The notes: generated by a model not told the origin, from the letters alone. 64,000 bases of DNA from Chiloscyllium plagiosum (GCF_004010195.1 NC_057718.1:6653068-6717067); one strand, 5' to 3'. Shown: positions 12,706 through 25,229, counted from the stretch's first letter. Translations and numbers: made by a program.

Positions 12706-14429
12706 ATGCACATTGGATAGAATGACTACACTTTTATGTTGCACTTAACCACACTTGAATTCTTACAATTGTCCTTTACCTAGCTCCCTACCTGTATCCC
12801 ATTGTCCTGCAGTTGTAGTTCACTGTAAACTAGTGCCTGGCATTAAATTATTTTAATCTGTGACCTCAGGGGGCTCTCATTTAACTATCGTCAAATGCCC
12901 ACAAGTCCTAAACTCCTGGTGCATTTATAAACTGTGCCTTTTAAAAGTTTTGGCCAGCGCACTCTCCTCAAAACATTAGACAGAGAGTCATAGAGATGTA
13001 CAGCACAGAAACAGACCCTTCGGTCCAATTGAAGAGTTTTGTCCGACTGAAAATAGGGTCCTCCCAGCTGTGAGAGGCCATGAAGAAAATAAAGGCGTAA
13101 AAAAGAACACACTCTACAGAGGGAGCCTTTCTCTGATTCAATCACTTAGTCCCACGTGGGCAAGATTCCGTGAGTGGGGAAGAAAGTGAACATAACTCGT
13201 GCTGAAAGGATTCGGGCACTAGTACAAGCTATTTTCCTCCTGAGCAAGCTATTTTTTGAAGTAGCTCAGAGGAGGTAAAAAAGCCTTCAGTACCCTTCAC
13301 GAGACAGTTTGACGATGAAACAGTCGGGAGAGGGGAAGATTTAATTCGGGCAAAAAAACTAAAATGGCACACATCATCTGTGTTGAGTTGGTGAAACAGC
13401 TTCCACTGGGAATGTGGCTCTGGGAACAATCAACAAACAATATGCTTAAGGAAAACACTGAGCTCATAAATTATTTCCCAGATTTTTTTGAAAGGGAGAG
13501 TTACATGACGCAGTTAGCATCTGCTGAAAGGTTCTGCGTTTTGGAATTACAATTTATCGTCACGAGAGTAGAGTACAGTGAAGAGTACACAATGTCACCA
13601 GTCCCGATGCCATCTTAGATGTAAAGGTACAAACTCTTAGGTACAAAATAGAAAATTAAAGAAATAAACAGTTCAACGGTCTTTCTAAAATGTTTAGCCA
13701 TGCTTGGCTCCCTCCGAGGACTCTATCTCCTACACTTTAACCTACTCTCTGGAAGACTGCAGGCTGCCTGTTCTCATCACCACCACAGATGCTATGGATC
13801 TCCCTCACCACCACATTGGGCTCCAACTGACAAAGTCCCTGCTTCAGGCCCCCAGCCACTGCCATGCTCTGGACCCAACAAAACCATGATCTCATCACTA
13901 CCACTGCCTCCATGACCAAGCTTTCTCCCGAAGGTCAGTAGAAACACAAACTAAAAAAAAACCCACCTTAATTTGCCGAACGTTTCTTGCATTATTCACC
14001 TTTCAATTCATCTGAACCTTTCAATTTGATTCCAGTCTGTGACTCTCTCTGAGGTATCTAGTGTCTGTATCTAAACACTCGACATTCTCAGTTAGATAGT
14101 AGTTTCTAACCCACTCACAGCTTTCCATTATTTCAGAAAGAAATTATCCAAACCCTTTGATTTGACTCCACCCCGTCACTGCAGATATTTGTTATTTTCT
14201 GTATCGCAGTACTTCCTATTAAATTAGTATTCCTTCAGTGACCAGAAAAGTCTCAGCTACAAAGGATAAATTGGATTTAGTTAATGATCAGAACATTGAC
14301 CATTAGTGACAGTCAAGAATTCTACTCCTGATTATTGACTCGTGCCTCTGAGCATTGACTTTGTTGTTTTATAACTCAGACGTTACATCTCCAAAACAGT
14401 TGGATGATATCACAACATGTGGCAGTCAA

Positions 14430-14580
14430 GTTTATTTTACACCCTGCTGGTCACTCGTTAACTGGACATTTTCTAATCTACCTGTTCAGAGATGTTATTA
14501 TCATACACCACTGGACTAGGCAGGACTTGCAACTCGGTCTATTGGCTCAGAGGTAGGGATACTACCACTGCACCAAAAGT
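14430..14580 (-). mobile_element. Short tRNA-like SINE (window family S4)
   Basis: Reverse complement ggtgcagtggtagtatccctacctctgagcc...gagttgcaagtcc has A/B-box-like motifs; a plus-strand relative lies at 33390-33500. Confidence 0.55.
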
Positions 14581-14770
14581 CATCAGAAGTGTGTCAATAA
14601 CCTATTAAACCACCAAGCTGATTCACAGCAAAGATAATTTGCATCAGCCTTCATCATTAACAACAAATAATGGTTTACTTCAGCAAACGCATTCTTTAAT
14701 AAATTAAAAATATAAAGAAGATTACTTAACAATATTACACAATTTAAGCTGTAACCCTTTAAAATACCAT

Positions 14771-15185
14771 GCATGCATGCACACACACACACACGCACGC
14801 ATATATACGCGACCACATTTGCACAGGGAGAAAGTGAGGACTGCAGATGCTGGAGACCAGAGTTGAAAAATGTGGTGCTGGAAAAACACAGCAGGCCAAG
14901 CAGCATCCGAGGAGCAGGAAAATCGATGCTTCGGGCCCTTCCTGAAGAAGGGCTTATGCCCAAAACGTCAATTCTCCTGCTCTTCGGATGCTGTCTGGCC
15001 TGCTGTGTTTTTTCCAGCACCACATTTTTCAACACATATGCACACACATGTATGCACACATATGCACACACACACATATATAAACACACACACATATAAA
15101 CACACACGTGCACACACCACGTATGCACACACACACATATACACACCATACATGCACACATATACACACATACATACACACACAT
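14771..15185. repeat. Degenerate (CA)n/(TA)n microsatellite interrupted by a fold-back element
   Basis: CA-rich tracts at 14771-14825 and 15033-15185. Confidence 0.9.
14826..15033 (-). mobile_element. PLE family A fold-back mini-element
   Basis: Tail gggagaaagtgaggactgcagatgctggag on the left, then inverted arms (ttgaaaaatgtggtgctgg... / ...ccagcaccacatttttcaa). Confidence 0.85.
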
Positions 15186-15429
15186 TGATTCATGAATAAG
15201 ACTGTCAAATGCAGATGGTTCAGCACTAATTTTATGGATGGAAAAATATAGAGGTGGAGAATTAATAAGCCATTCATCAAGAGTCCAGACTTCAAAGGTA
15301 CAATGAGCTGTTCCTCACAGTAAATTTGATTAGTCTTTTCCTGTTGGTGACACAATGTTCTCTGCAGAGTAATAGTTGATCTTTGCTTCATAACTGATCA
15401 GTTGGATCCAGGTCTTTTCTTGTATTATT

Positions 15430-15830
15430 ATCTTTCCTTTCGACCCTGCACAGTCAATGTGTAATTGAGTTCAGGGTTAATCCAGCCGTTCCCATGAGCG
15501 AGGGGAGCTGCTGCTGGTGATTTATGTCCTTGTTGACACTCTGGGCACTGCCCCACCAACGTGGCTATGTCTCCATCCAAACCTGACCACCAGATGTAAC
15601 ATCTCACTAACATCTTCACTTTGGAAACCCCTGGATAGCCTCCCCCCACCCCCCGAAAAGCTTTCAATCCTGGTTGTGTCGGCCTTTTGGTTTCCCCATC
15701 ACCACCAGCTGTTTCAGTTTTGCCAGGACCAGAACTTTCTGTTTCCAAAGTCTGATATTGTCAACTATGACTGGAAGTGTGTCCAGAAAATTTAATACCA
15801 TCATGGACTCTTCCAGGGTGTGCACCCTCC
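15430..15830 (-). mobile_element. Gypsy/Ty3 pol fragment (integrase zinc-binding region), degenerate
   Basis: YPGVSKVKMLVRCYIWWSGLDGDIATLVGQCPECQ followed by ...QLHIDCAG, matching the HPG..MK...R.YVWWP.LD...V..C..CQ / LHID.AGP motifs. Confidence 0.85.
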
Positions 15831-16029
15831 TGAATACTGGTCTATGATTTCTTTTACTCAGGTTAGCTCTAGTGGGACTCTTTTGCTGTCTCACGACCAC
15901 ACACCAGCAGCAACTACAATGACTTGCCGGCCCAGATCCTGAAGAAAATGTTAACCATTTGGTCAAGGCTTGGTTTTGTTTTGGGGTTTTGGTGTGGGCT
16001 GACCTTGAGTCCCTCTGTTCAGGATATGA

Positions 16030-16549
16030 GTTTAGATCAGAGTGGTGCTGGAAAAGCACAGCCAGTAAGGCAGCATCCGAGGAGCAGGAAAATCGACATT
16101 TCGAGCAAAAGCCCTTCATCAGGCTTAGAGGCAGGGAGCCTCCGGGGTGGAGAGATAAATGGTGGGGTGGGGATGGGGGTGGTAGGTCAGAGAGGAGGGT
16201 GGAGCAGATAGGTGGAAAGGGAGATTGGCAGGTAGGACAGGTCATGGGGACAGTGCTGAGCTGGAAGGTTGGAGCTGGGGTAAGGTGGGGGATGGGGAAA
16301 TGACTCCCTGGGGTTGAAGTGTTCCGAGGTGGAAGATGAGGTGTTCTTCCTCCAGGTGTCTGGTGGTGAGGGTGCGGCAGAGTGGGAGGGGGAGTTGTAA
16401 TGTTGGGCCACGGGGTGGTGGGGTTGATTGGTGCGGGTGTCCCGGAGATGTTCCCTAAACCTCACTGCAAGGAAGCGTCCAGTCTCCCCAATGTAGAGGA
16501 GACCACATTGGGAGCAACGGATACAATAAATGACATTGGTTCCCTGAGA
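16030..16549 (-). mobile_element. PLE family A 3' part (GIY-YIG endonuclease and terminal repeat)
   Basis: NVIYCIRCSQCGLLYIGETGRFLAVRFREHL; minus-strand ctgatgaagggcttttgctcgaaatgtc near 16095-16122; possible TSD tgttc(a/cc)ggatatga at ~16016 and ~16550. Confidence 0.9.
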
Positions 16550-16564
16550 TGTTCCCGGATATGA

Positions 16565-16860
16565 CCTGAGTGAGGCTACACAATTGCCTTCACTCAAGTG
16601 ATGTTCCCCAAGCTCAGTCAGACTAGCAAGGGATGTCCGTTTCTATCAGAATATCCTGCGACTCATATGCTCCATTTGCTGGATTTTCCAATGACAAAGC
16701 CAGTTGTAGTGCCTGTTGGAAGTCCACGTGGGTTTCAGCCAGTAGGCACTTTTGTGAGGTTACATCATTAACCCCACATACCAACAGCCTCTCAGCATCT
16801 TATTAAGGATTAAACCAAAGTCACATTCCTCTGCCAGTTGCATTAACCTTGTCGGGGATT
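16565..16860 (-). mobile_element. Gypsy gag fragment (middle)
   Basis: RLMQLAEECDFGLILNKMLR / LVCGVNDVTSQKCLLAETHVDFQQALQLA resembles the gag motif LA..C.FG..L..MLRD.LV.G. Confidence 0.75.
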
Positions 16861-16954
16861 TGGATAAGAATTCCCCTGATTCTCAAATCGCTGAGTAAAA
16901 ATGATAGCGATTCAGAATTAGGGAAACCTTAGGGTCATAATATTCCTTAACTAA

Positions 16955-17866
16955 ATCTGTCAGCTTTGTTTACAGATGATACAAATATTGGTGGAGTTGC
17001 GGATAATGAGGAGGATTGTCAAAGGATACAGCAGGATGTAGATCCATGGGCAAAAAAATGGCTGATGGAGTTTAATCTGGACAAATGTGAGGTAAGGCAT
17101 TTTGAATGTCCAAGTGCAGGTGGAAATTATACAGTGAATGGCAGAACCCTTCGGAGTATTGATGCAGAGGGATCTGGGTGTGCAGGTCTACAGATCACTG
17201 AAGATGGCAGAGCAGGTAAATAAGGTGGTAAAAAAGGCTTATGGTATGTTTGCCTTCATTGGAAGGGGCATTGAGCATAAGGATAGACAAGATATGCTGC
17301 AGCTTTATAGAACTTTAGTTAGGCCTCTCTTGGAATATTGCGCACAGTTCTGGTAACCTCATTACCAGAAGTATGTGGATCCTCTGGAGAGAATACAGAA
17401 AAGGTTTACCAGGATGCTGCCTGGTCTGGGGAGTTTAGCTATGAAGAAAGGTTAGATAGACTGGGTTTACTTTCACTGGAACACAGGAAGTTGAGGGGTG
17501 ACCTGATAGAAATTCATAAGATTGTGAATGACATGGATAGAGTGGAAAGAAAGAGGCTTTTTCCCAGAGTGGAGGGGACACAGGTTCAAGGAGGGGGAAT
17601 GGGGAAGAAATTTAAAAGACATGTGTGAGGAAGGTTTTTCACACAAGGGTTAGTGAGTGCCTGGAATGCATTGCCAGAGGAGGTGGAGGAAGCAGGCACA
17701 ATACCAACATCCCCCACCAGGACAAATGCATGAATAGGAAGAGAATAAAGGGATACAGATCCTGCAAGTGAAGACAGTTTTAATATGAAGGGCAAGATAT
17801 GTGGGTGCAGACTAGGAGGGCCAAAGGGCCTGTTCCTGTGTTATATTGTTTTTTGTTCTTTGTTTT
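16955..17866 (+). mobile_element. CR1-clade LINE 3' ~0.9 kb, inserted in Gypsy gag
   Basis: FTDDTNIGG (FADD catalytic motif variant), WLMEFNLDKCEV, LYRTLVRPLLEYCAQFW, LEHRKLRGDLIE and tail (ttgttct)n. Confidence 0.93.
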
Positions 17867-17869
17867 AAC

Positions 17870-18151
17870 TCTAGATTTCTGGTGCCAGAGGGAAAGATAG
17901 GCTTCTAATAACCAAAAATGTTGCGGGTCCACAAGCTGTCAGGGGAATTACCCTTTGCTTTTCATCTGCTCCAATGTCATTTGCCAGGAAAAAGTACCAC
18001 ATTCCTTCCACATACTGTACCCAGTCTTCAACATCAGAATTAAATGGGTTAAGTTTCCCAAGTAACGATGATGCCAGAAATGCTTACCCGAACGCAAAGA
18101 CAACTGTTGCGAGCAAATTTCATCAGAAGCTTGGTTTGCTCTCGTTGCCAC
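17870..18151 (-). mobile_element. Gypsy leader, primer-binding site and gag N-terminus
   Basis: PBS-like TGGCAACGAG at 18150-18141, one base after the LTR; LGKLNPFNSDVEDWVQYVEGMWYFFLANDIGADEKQRVIPLTACGPATF. Confidence 0.8.
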
Positions 18152-18386
18152 TGAAATACCTCCACAGAGGTCAGTATCCCATCACTAAGTCACCTTTTAT
18201 TTACACATGGAAAGTCCTTGACATTGATAAAGCTCCCTCAGAGCCAGCTCCTGGAGTGTTAGGAGGTCTGACTCTCCTGTTTCTATTTGTCAGCCAAGGC
18301 TCCCTAATTGGACCCGATTAACAGCTCCAATCAGGGAACTCATATTCTATGAGGTCCACCTGGCTGACCTTGTTACAATCACTACA
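18152..18386 (-). mobile_element. Gypsy 5' LTR (~235 bp)
   Basis: Minus strand begins TGTAGTG and ends TTTCA, contains AATAAA (18201-18196) and abuts the PBS and gag. Confidence 0.75.
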
Positions 18387-19269
18387 GAATCTACTAACCC
18401 AGAGTCTAGTGGACATTAAGTAAATTTTAATAACGTGTTGAAAGGTTATGGAGAGCGTGCAGGAAAGTGGAATTGAGGCAAGATGAGATTAGCCATGATG
18501 GTATTAAACATTAGAGTAGTGTCAAGGGGCTGAATGGACTGCTTTGACTCCATATTCTCAGAATAGGTTCAGGCACACCAAATACAACATGGAACCGGAA
18601 CACAGTGCGAAATGGAGGAAGGAGAGGATTGATACGGATCAGAACAGTAGAAACAAAAGCTTACAAGTGATGTTGGCACCCACCTCACCCCATCAGGAGC
18701 TCCTTGATCAATTGAGCAACAGTTATCATCAGGGACCTACTGCCAGCTGGAAATTAAAACAAGCGCTGACTCCCAGTAACTAACACTGGAGAATTGTAAG
18801 CACATAGCTGTACTCATAAGGGCAGCGAGTCAAGTTGGCTGTTCGATCTGTCAATGAGGATATAATTAATAGCAAGCAATAGAGTTGAATCAGCAACTGT
18901 GCACACAAATCCACTTCCCCCGGAGGCATGATACCTCGGTTACACTGGGATGTGAATTAACCAGAAAAGTACAATTCAGTTGCACTCGTTCAGAATCTCT
19001 GCTTTGTCACTTTTGGCCAGATGTGTGTGTTTTGTTTCATTCTGCTTTCTGAAACACCAGTTTATAGTCATCGTTTCACTTAACACACATCCCTGACACA
19101 TTCTCCTTGATGCACGCCCCTGACACGTTCACCTTACAGCTTTTGAGCGTTTTTAATGAGCTGGTCAATGTTGCGGGGCAGACACGTGAAAGTTCATGAC
19201 ACACTTGGGTAGAAGATTCGGAACTCTCTGCCTCAAGAACTTTTCCCACATCTCTATCCCGAATAGAAC

Positions 19270-19702
19270 GAAGAGAGCACAAAAGAGAAGTACAGCACAG
19301 GAACAGGCCCTTCATCCCTCCAAGCCTGTGCCGATCATCATGCCCTAAAAAAACTAAAAAACAAACTTTCTGCCCTTATTCGGTCCATCTCCCCCATTCC
19401 CTTCCTATTCACAGAACCATCCAGATGCCTCTTGAATGTTACCAAAGTGCCTGCCTCTACCACCTCTTCTGGCAGTATGTTCCAGGCCCCTATTACTTCC
19501 TGCGTGAAAAGCGTCCCTCGCACATCTCCCTTAAACTTTCCCCCACTCACCTTGAATCTGTGCCCCCTTGTAATTGAAACTTCAAACCTCTGTCAACCAA
19601 TCCTATCTATGCCTGTCCTAACTGCGTAGATCTCTATCAGGTCTCCTCTCAGCCGCCATCTTTCCAGTGAAAACAATCCTGGTCTATTTAACCTTTCCCC
19701 AT
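19270..19702 (-). mobile_element. CR1-clade LINE 3' fragment
   Basis: GGKFKGDVRGTLFTQEVIGAWNILPEEVVEAGTLVTFKRHLD plus the gggcctgttcctgtgctgta tail. Confidence 0.88.
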
Positions 19703-20269
19703 TGCAAATGCCCTTAATCCTCTATCCTGAGGCTGTGTACCTGTGTCCAGATCCACAGTTTGCTTCAATGAGTTTGCACCTCCCATTCTTCCAAACCCCA
19801 TCTTACCTCACTCAGGTTTCAGTTGAAGGACACACTATCATCCTGGTAGCCAATCCAGTGAGCGGTCACTGTAATGGCGACAAGGCAAACAAAAATCCTT
19901 CCCTAGGTTATGGAAGCTAAGATGACTCAGTATTATGTTTCCCACAAGCATGGAATAATTGAAAATTTTATAACTGCAGGAAAAAGTGAACACGGATGTT
20001 GTACAAGTTGTCGTGGCTTAATGCTTGACTTTGGCATTTGACTACAGATAGTAGAGTTTACAGCCAATACCAGCCTAAATAGGGAGTTGAGTGAAAGAAT
20101 GTCACAGCCCAAACATCCCACAACACAACAAAGAACTGCAGATGTTGGAAATCTGAAACAAAGACAGAAATTGTTCGAGAAACTCAATGGGCCTGGCGGC
20201 ATATGTGTTTCCATTCAGTTCCACAGCCCCATCTCATTCCTCAGTGACTGCCCCTGGCTCACACACACA

Positions 20270-21230
20270 CACCCCACATGGTTTCAAATTCAAGTTTCAT
20301 CCCTCGTGTTTTGAATCCACCCAGGATCCATCCAGGATCCCAGGCATCTCTGTGATGAACAATGTTCCTCACCACATCCTGGGATCCACACTCAGTGCCA
20401 TGCATCACCACGTGCACACTCTCGAGCTCGCTCTCCATCCGCAGCGCCTCACACTGGCTCAGGGCTGTTCCACTTCACCCTCCAGCTCATTCAACATTCT
20501 AACAAGAAACCTTTTCTCTTCCTGTCAGCCCGTTAAGGAACACAAGATGTAACAACTCAGAGATACCCAGGGTCTACTTGAACCTCCCTCCCCTCCCCTT
20601 CTCTCTGATTCCAGCCCCTCTCCTCCCCCCACCTCCTTCCCTGTATTCACTCTTCCTACTGACCTTCTGATGCAGAAGGTTCTGTATTCAGCAAAAGGTC
20701 TCAGTTTAATCCCGCTGTGTCCCACCTTAAGGAATTTCGGACACATCGTGGCGTTGAACTCTTCTTCCATTATCTTCGCCTCCGTGCTCATTACTTTTGA
20801 CAGGCATCCTCTCCCTGAATCCACTGGCGCTTTCCCCAAGCTCCAACACTCACCCTCCACCAGGACCCCTCCCTCTTGCCTTTTACCCACAAGTGGACTG
20901 TTCATCGAGAACTGTCGCCATGACATTGCTCTGCCTACCTCCTCCACCATACAAATCTATCTCCCTCTGAACTGACTGCAGTCCGTGCTCTCCGAGCTAA
21001 CCCTGCCTTTGTAATGAAGCCTGCTGACAAGGGTGGTGCTGTTGCCGTCTGATAGACTGACCTCCACATTGTAGAGGCTGAATACCAGCTCTCAGATATC
21101 TCCTCCTATCTCCACCTGCACCAGGACCATCGAGCATCAGGCTATGAGGTCCACTAAGGTCACTAATATCATCTCATCTGGGATCTCCCTCGCACAGCCT
21201 TATAGTCCCCCAACCCCACTTCTACCTATA
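20270..21230 (+). mobile_element. Degenerate PLE ORF, N-terminal region
   Basis: Homologous to 34680-35356; encodes VMKPADKGGAVAV (PLE RT N-terminal motif) at ~21010. Confidence 0.8.
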
Positions 21231-21579
21231 AAATCCCAAAGGGACTAAACAGGTTCGATCCAGGAAGACTGTGTGGAAGTCCCAAACCAGGGACCATACT
21301 TTAAGGACAAGGGGTAAACCTTTTAGGACTGAGATGGGGAGAAATGTCTTCACTCAGAGAGCTTCATTTAATTAAGGCCGTACAGCTGGTGCAAAAATAC
21401 ATTACTAGGCCACTCAGCATAAAGGTATCACTCTGGGGTCTGGAGGCTAGGAGAGTCACACCAGCTCCTGACCAACTCTCACCATGGGGCTGATGCAATT
21501 ACTGTACAGTGACCCAATCTGACGTTTGGAAGAAGCAGGTGTGTGGTGGGGGCAGGTTGGGTTGTGGATGGGGAATGCA

Positions 21580-21890
21580 ATGACCAAGGAGTCCGGAAGC
21601 CAGGGTCACAGTCTAAGGGTACAAGGAAGGTCATTTAGGAATGAGATAACAAGAAATGTCTTCACCCAGAGAGTGATGAGCTGAGGAATTCATTACCACA
21701 GAAAGCAATTGAAGCCAAAACATTAAATGTTTTCAAGTAGGCATTAGATACAGTTCTTAGGGCTAAAGGGATTGAAGGGTATGGAGAGAAACAGGACCAA
21801 GGGACTGAGTTGGAATAGTTGTATTGAATGTTGGAGCAGGATCGAAGGGCTGAATGGCCTACTCCTGCTCCTATGTTCTGTGTTTCTATA
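21580..21890 (+). mobile_element. CR1-clade LINE 3' fragment
   Basis: cagggtcacagtctaagg...ttcacccagagagtg...gaagggctgaatggcctactcctgctcctatgttct. Confidence 0.85.
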
Positions 21891-21929
21891 TGAACCAGGG
21901 CTGCTTTTATTGTATGAGACGATAAACCA

Positions 21930-22078
21930 TCGGGAGAGAAATAGACCATTCAGCCCATCAAGTCTACTCTGCCATTCAATGAGTTCATGGCTGACCTGAT
22001 TATATTCAACTCCACTTTCCTGCTTTTTCGTGAAAATCCGTGATTCCCTTCCTGATTAAAGACCTGCCTGTCTGAGCA
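21930..22078 (-). mobile_element. CR1-clade LINE 3' UTR fragment
   Basis: ccattcagcccatcaagtctactctgccattcaat...catggctga...tcaactccactttcctgc is the reverse of the CR1 tail. Confidence 0.7.
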
Positions 22079-22230
22079 CAGGTTGGAGGAGCAGAAATGG
22101 GTTGCTCAGTCCTATCCTTTGATGAACTTTGAACATTTGTGTCTTTCTGACCAAATCCCGGGCAGGGATCTAAACGAGACAAACTGCAGCCACAACTTGG
22201 CAGTGATCCATTGGTTAGCGAGCAGTACTG

Positions 22231-22302
22231 GAGTCCCGCACAGTGCCTGAGGTGAGTCCCGCACAGTGCCTGAGGTGAGTCCCGCACAGTGCCTGAGGTG
22301 AG
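22231..22302. repeat. Perfect 23-bp tandem triplication (GAGTCCCGCACAGTGCCTGAGGT)
   Basis: Three identical units at 22231, 22254 and 22277. Confidence 0.97.
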
Positions 22303-22637
22303 AGCTCGTGCCAGTTTGAAGGTCAGGCTTCCTGTGCTGAAGGATCGTACCAGCAGGAGAAGGAGGGATCCACCTGTGAGTGAGCGACCTGGAGTTTGGA
22401 ACATGCTCCCCAGTTGATTCTTATGGAGGATGTTGTGGTAATTCTCGCCTCTCCCACATCCTCTGAGGGTGAGCTGGATCCATCATGAGGAGTGGCCGAC
22501 AGAACCACCTCCTTGGCAGGTCTTCACACAATCGACCTGCTCAACATGAGGCATAGGGATAGCTCCTCACAACTGAACCAGCCAGACCAGCATCAGACCT
22601 CACCACCCCGCACACTCCGAGTGAAGGGGAGCTCATA

Positions 22638-22856
22638 CTGTCACTTCCGATATAACCCGATAGTCCTGTTATTGTGTGATCTCACGTTGTAAGAAAATTG
22701 CGCAATATCTGCTCCATTTAAACCAATGGGTCTGAAATGATGTTATAGCCAACACAGGGAAGGAAAGTTTGGGCTCTACAAATAACGGTCTAGATTCTAT
22801 GATCGCGTTAAAGCCGATTTGCACTGAAGAAAGACGAGTTATAGCAGAACCGACTG
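22638..22856. mobile_element. Tc1/mariner (Tigger-like) MITE
   Basis: Imperfect TIRs ctgtcacttccgatataac / gttatagcagaaccgactg (14 of 19 match), flanked by TA on both sides. Confidence 0.7.
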
Positions 22857-23094
22857 TACTCTGATTGGACACTCTATGGTGGCACGCAGAAGTCAGATCA
22901 CACAGCAAACTGCGTTCAGAAGCTAGAATGCACGCATTACCTGGAATAAACATTCCCAATCCACCCTGTTAAATGTGTTCTCCAGATCAAAGCATGAGAA
23001 GACAGACTGCTCCTCCTGGAATGACCTGTCTGGCCCCACATTAGATGGACATTATTGTGTGTTGCCCAGTCTTGGGACCATATAGGTGTGCGAT

Positions 23095-23255
23095 GAGAAA
23101 GTGAGGACTGCAGATGCTGGAGATCAGAGCTGAAAACGTGTTGCTGGAAAAGCGCAGCGTGTCAGGCAGCATCCAAGGAGCAGAAGAATCAACGTTTCGG
23201 GCATGAGCCTGCTGCTGCCTGACCTGCTGCGCTTTTCCAGCAACACATTTTCAGC
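23095..23255 (-). mobile_element. PLE family A fold-back mini-element, centre deleted
   Basis: Tail on the left (gagaaagtgaggactgcagatgctggagatcaga), arm gctgaaaacgtgttgctgg..., short right arm ending caacacattttcagc. Confidence 0.85.
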
Positions 23256-24504
23256 AATTAACAAATGCTGACTTTCAGGAATAAAGAAAGACAGGAATGT
23301 TAGAATAAAAGCGCAGGGAGGTAACAATAAACATGGATGAACCCCTCAGGAGGAACAGCACATCAACCTTGAGCTAAATCTGAAACAAAGTTTGTTAAAG
23401 GATAGAAGAGAAGCAGAAAGCTAAATGGCTTCCCCTGCCGATATTGGAGAAAAAGTCCTGTCAGATGTTGCATCCAAACCATCTGCTTTGTGAATAGAGT
23501 CTGCGCTCCAAATGTAGAATAATCCACAAGCTCCTGGTTTTTTTTGCCATGTTTATACAATGATGAATGAAGATGCTGGGAAGGAGCAGGGTATATTCAT
23601 CTGTTGCATTCTGGCGAAGTCAGAAAGACTTCAAGGGGACAATGTCTTGGAGCTGCTGTGTGTATGTATGTGTGATTGATTGTATGCCTACAACCTCCCT
23701 TCAGCCAACCTGCTGATGTATGGTATAACACTTCTTCAGCCAATAATTCTCTCCATTACTATGACCACATCAATTGCATTCCCATAAGTTCATAAAATAT
23801 CCTGGTGTAGATTCCAAGTACTCTGTGCTTATTTAAAAATCTTTTTTTTTTATTGGGGCTTTGCTTTGAATAGTTTTTTGGAATTAACAGGAAGTTCCCT
23901 CGTCTTCTTGGAAAACAAAAATTATTGGAATAAACATCCCCTGTTTCGAAAACATCAGATGTCATAGCAGGAAGAATGAACAACCTGGTTTCCTGTTCAG
24001 ATCCAGAGTTTCTTCTAGACCAGCCAGATGTCCCCGTCTGCATCCTGACACTGAGGACCAATTCATTACCTGACTGCTCAAACCCACAACACAAGCCATT
24101 ACTGGCCAGATGGGCCAAATGGCCTTTTTTTCTGATACATTCCAATTGAAGGAATAAAGAGGTCACATAGTCCCTGGGCAAGAGACGCAAAAGTATTGAA
24201 GGTGCAGATTTGCAAAATGGTTCAAAGTGTGAACAGAACATTAAAAAGGCAAACAAGAAAAAAAAACAAACATGGTTCATTCCTCGCTGAGTACAATTGA
24301 ACAATTGACGTTGGTTAGATTGCATTTATTCAGAGAACTTGGAACAGTTCTAGCCTCCACATTAGGAAATACTGTGGGGGCACAGGCAAAGGTGAAAAGG
24401 ATCTTATCAACAGCAACATAGGCTGGATTGTCCAACCCCAGTGCCCCTGCCTCAGGCCTTGACTCAGTCCTGGGGCCGGCTTTTACTTCTGATCCTCTGG
24501 GGCC

Positions 24505-24913
24505 TCTGCAGAAGGAGGTGAACACAGCTCAGGCCATCACAGGAACCAACCTTCCATCAATGGATTCCATTTACATGACTGCGCAAAGGCTGCTAACATC
24601 ATCAAAGACCCCTCCCACCCCGGTAATGCTGTCCTACAACTTCTTCCATTAGGCAGAAGATACAGGAGCCTGAACACACGTCCAGCAGATTCAGGAACAG
24701 CTTCTTCCTGACTGTTATTAGACTGATGAATGGAGTCACTGGTAGTCTCCAGTAATGCTGATCTTGCTAATGTGATCTCTCTCGTACTTACCCTGTGCTT
24801 GCCTCTGTCGAAATCTTTTGTTCTGTATGTCCTTGCTTACAATGATCTATCTGTGCTGCTTATAAACAAAGGTTTTCCCTGTACTTCGGCACATGTGACA
24901 ATTAATCAATCAA
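24505..24913 (+). mobile_element. Rex1/Babar-type LINE 3' fragment
   Basis: LQKEVNTAQAITGTNLPSMDSIY...catcaaagacccctcccacccc; tail cacatgtgacaattaatcaatcaat; homologous to 39404-40085. Confidence 0.8.
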
Positions 24914-25228
24914 TGGGCACATGCACTGGCGATGATGTCACAGCGTACAGAATGCCTGAGCAGGCCCTGCCTTTGAACCGCCCATTGACAACCAGCTGAC
25001 ATCGCTTGCCGCATTTGCACATGCTCAATGACCCCATTTTGACATCAACGGATCTAAATGAGAACAGAAATTGCTGGAGAAACTCAGTAGGTCTGGCATT
25101 ACCTGTGAAAACAAAGTTAACATTCATGACTCATAGCAGCTGAGAAAAGCTGGTCTTTATACTGATAGTGGGGCAGGGGGAGGAGGCAAGGGGGCTGAAG
25201 AAGTGAGTGGATTGGTGGAGATGGAGCC

Positions 25229-25229
<1 letters not shown>

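Noticed and set aside
14583..15391. His/Thr- and Cys/Val-rich ORFs up to 200 aa
   Set aside because: Translation of a CA microsatellite plus a fold-back repeat.
23759..24325. 188-aa minus-strand ORF in unique sequence
   Set aside because: No recognisable domain or clear splice signals, and it crosses poly-A/T runs. A homology search would be needed to rescue it.
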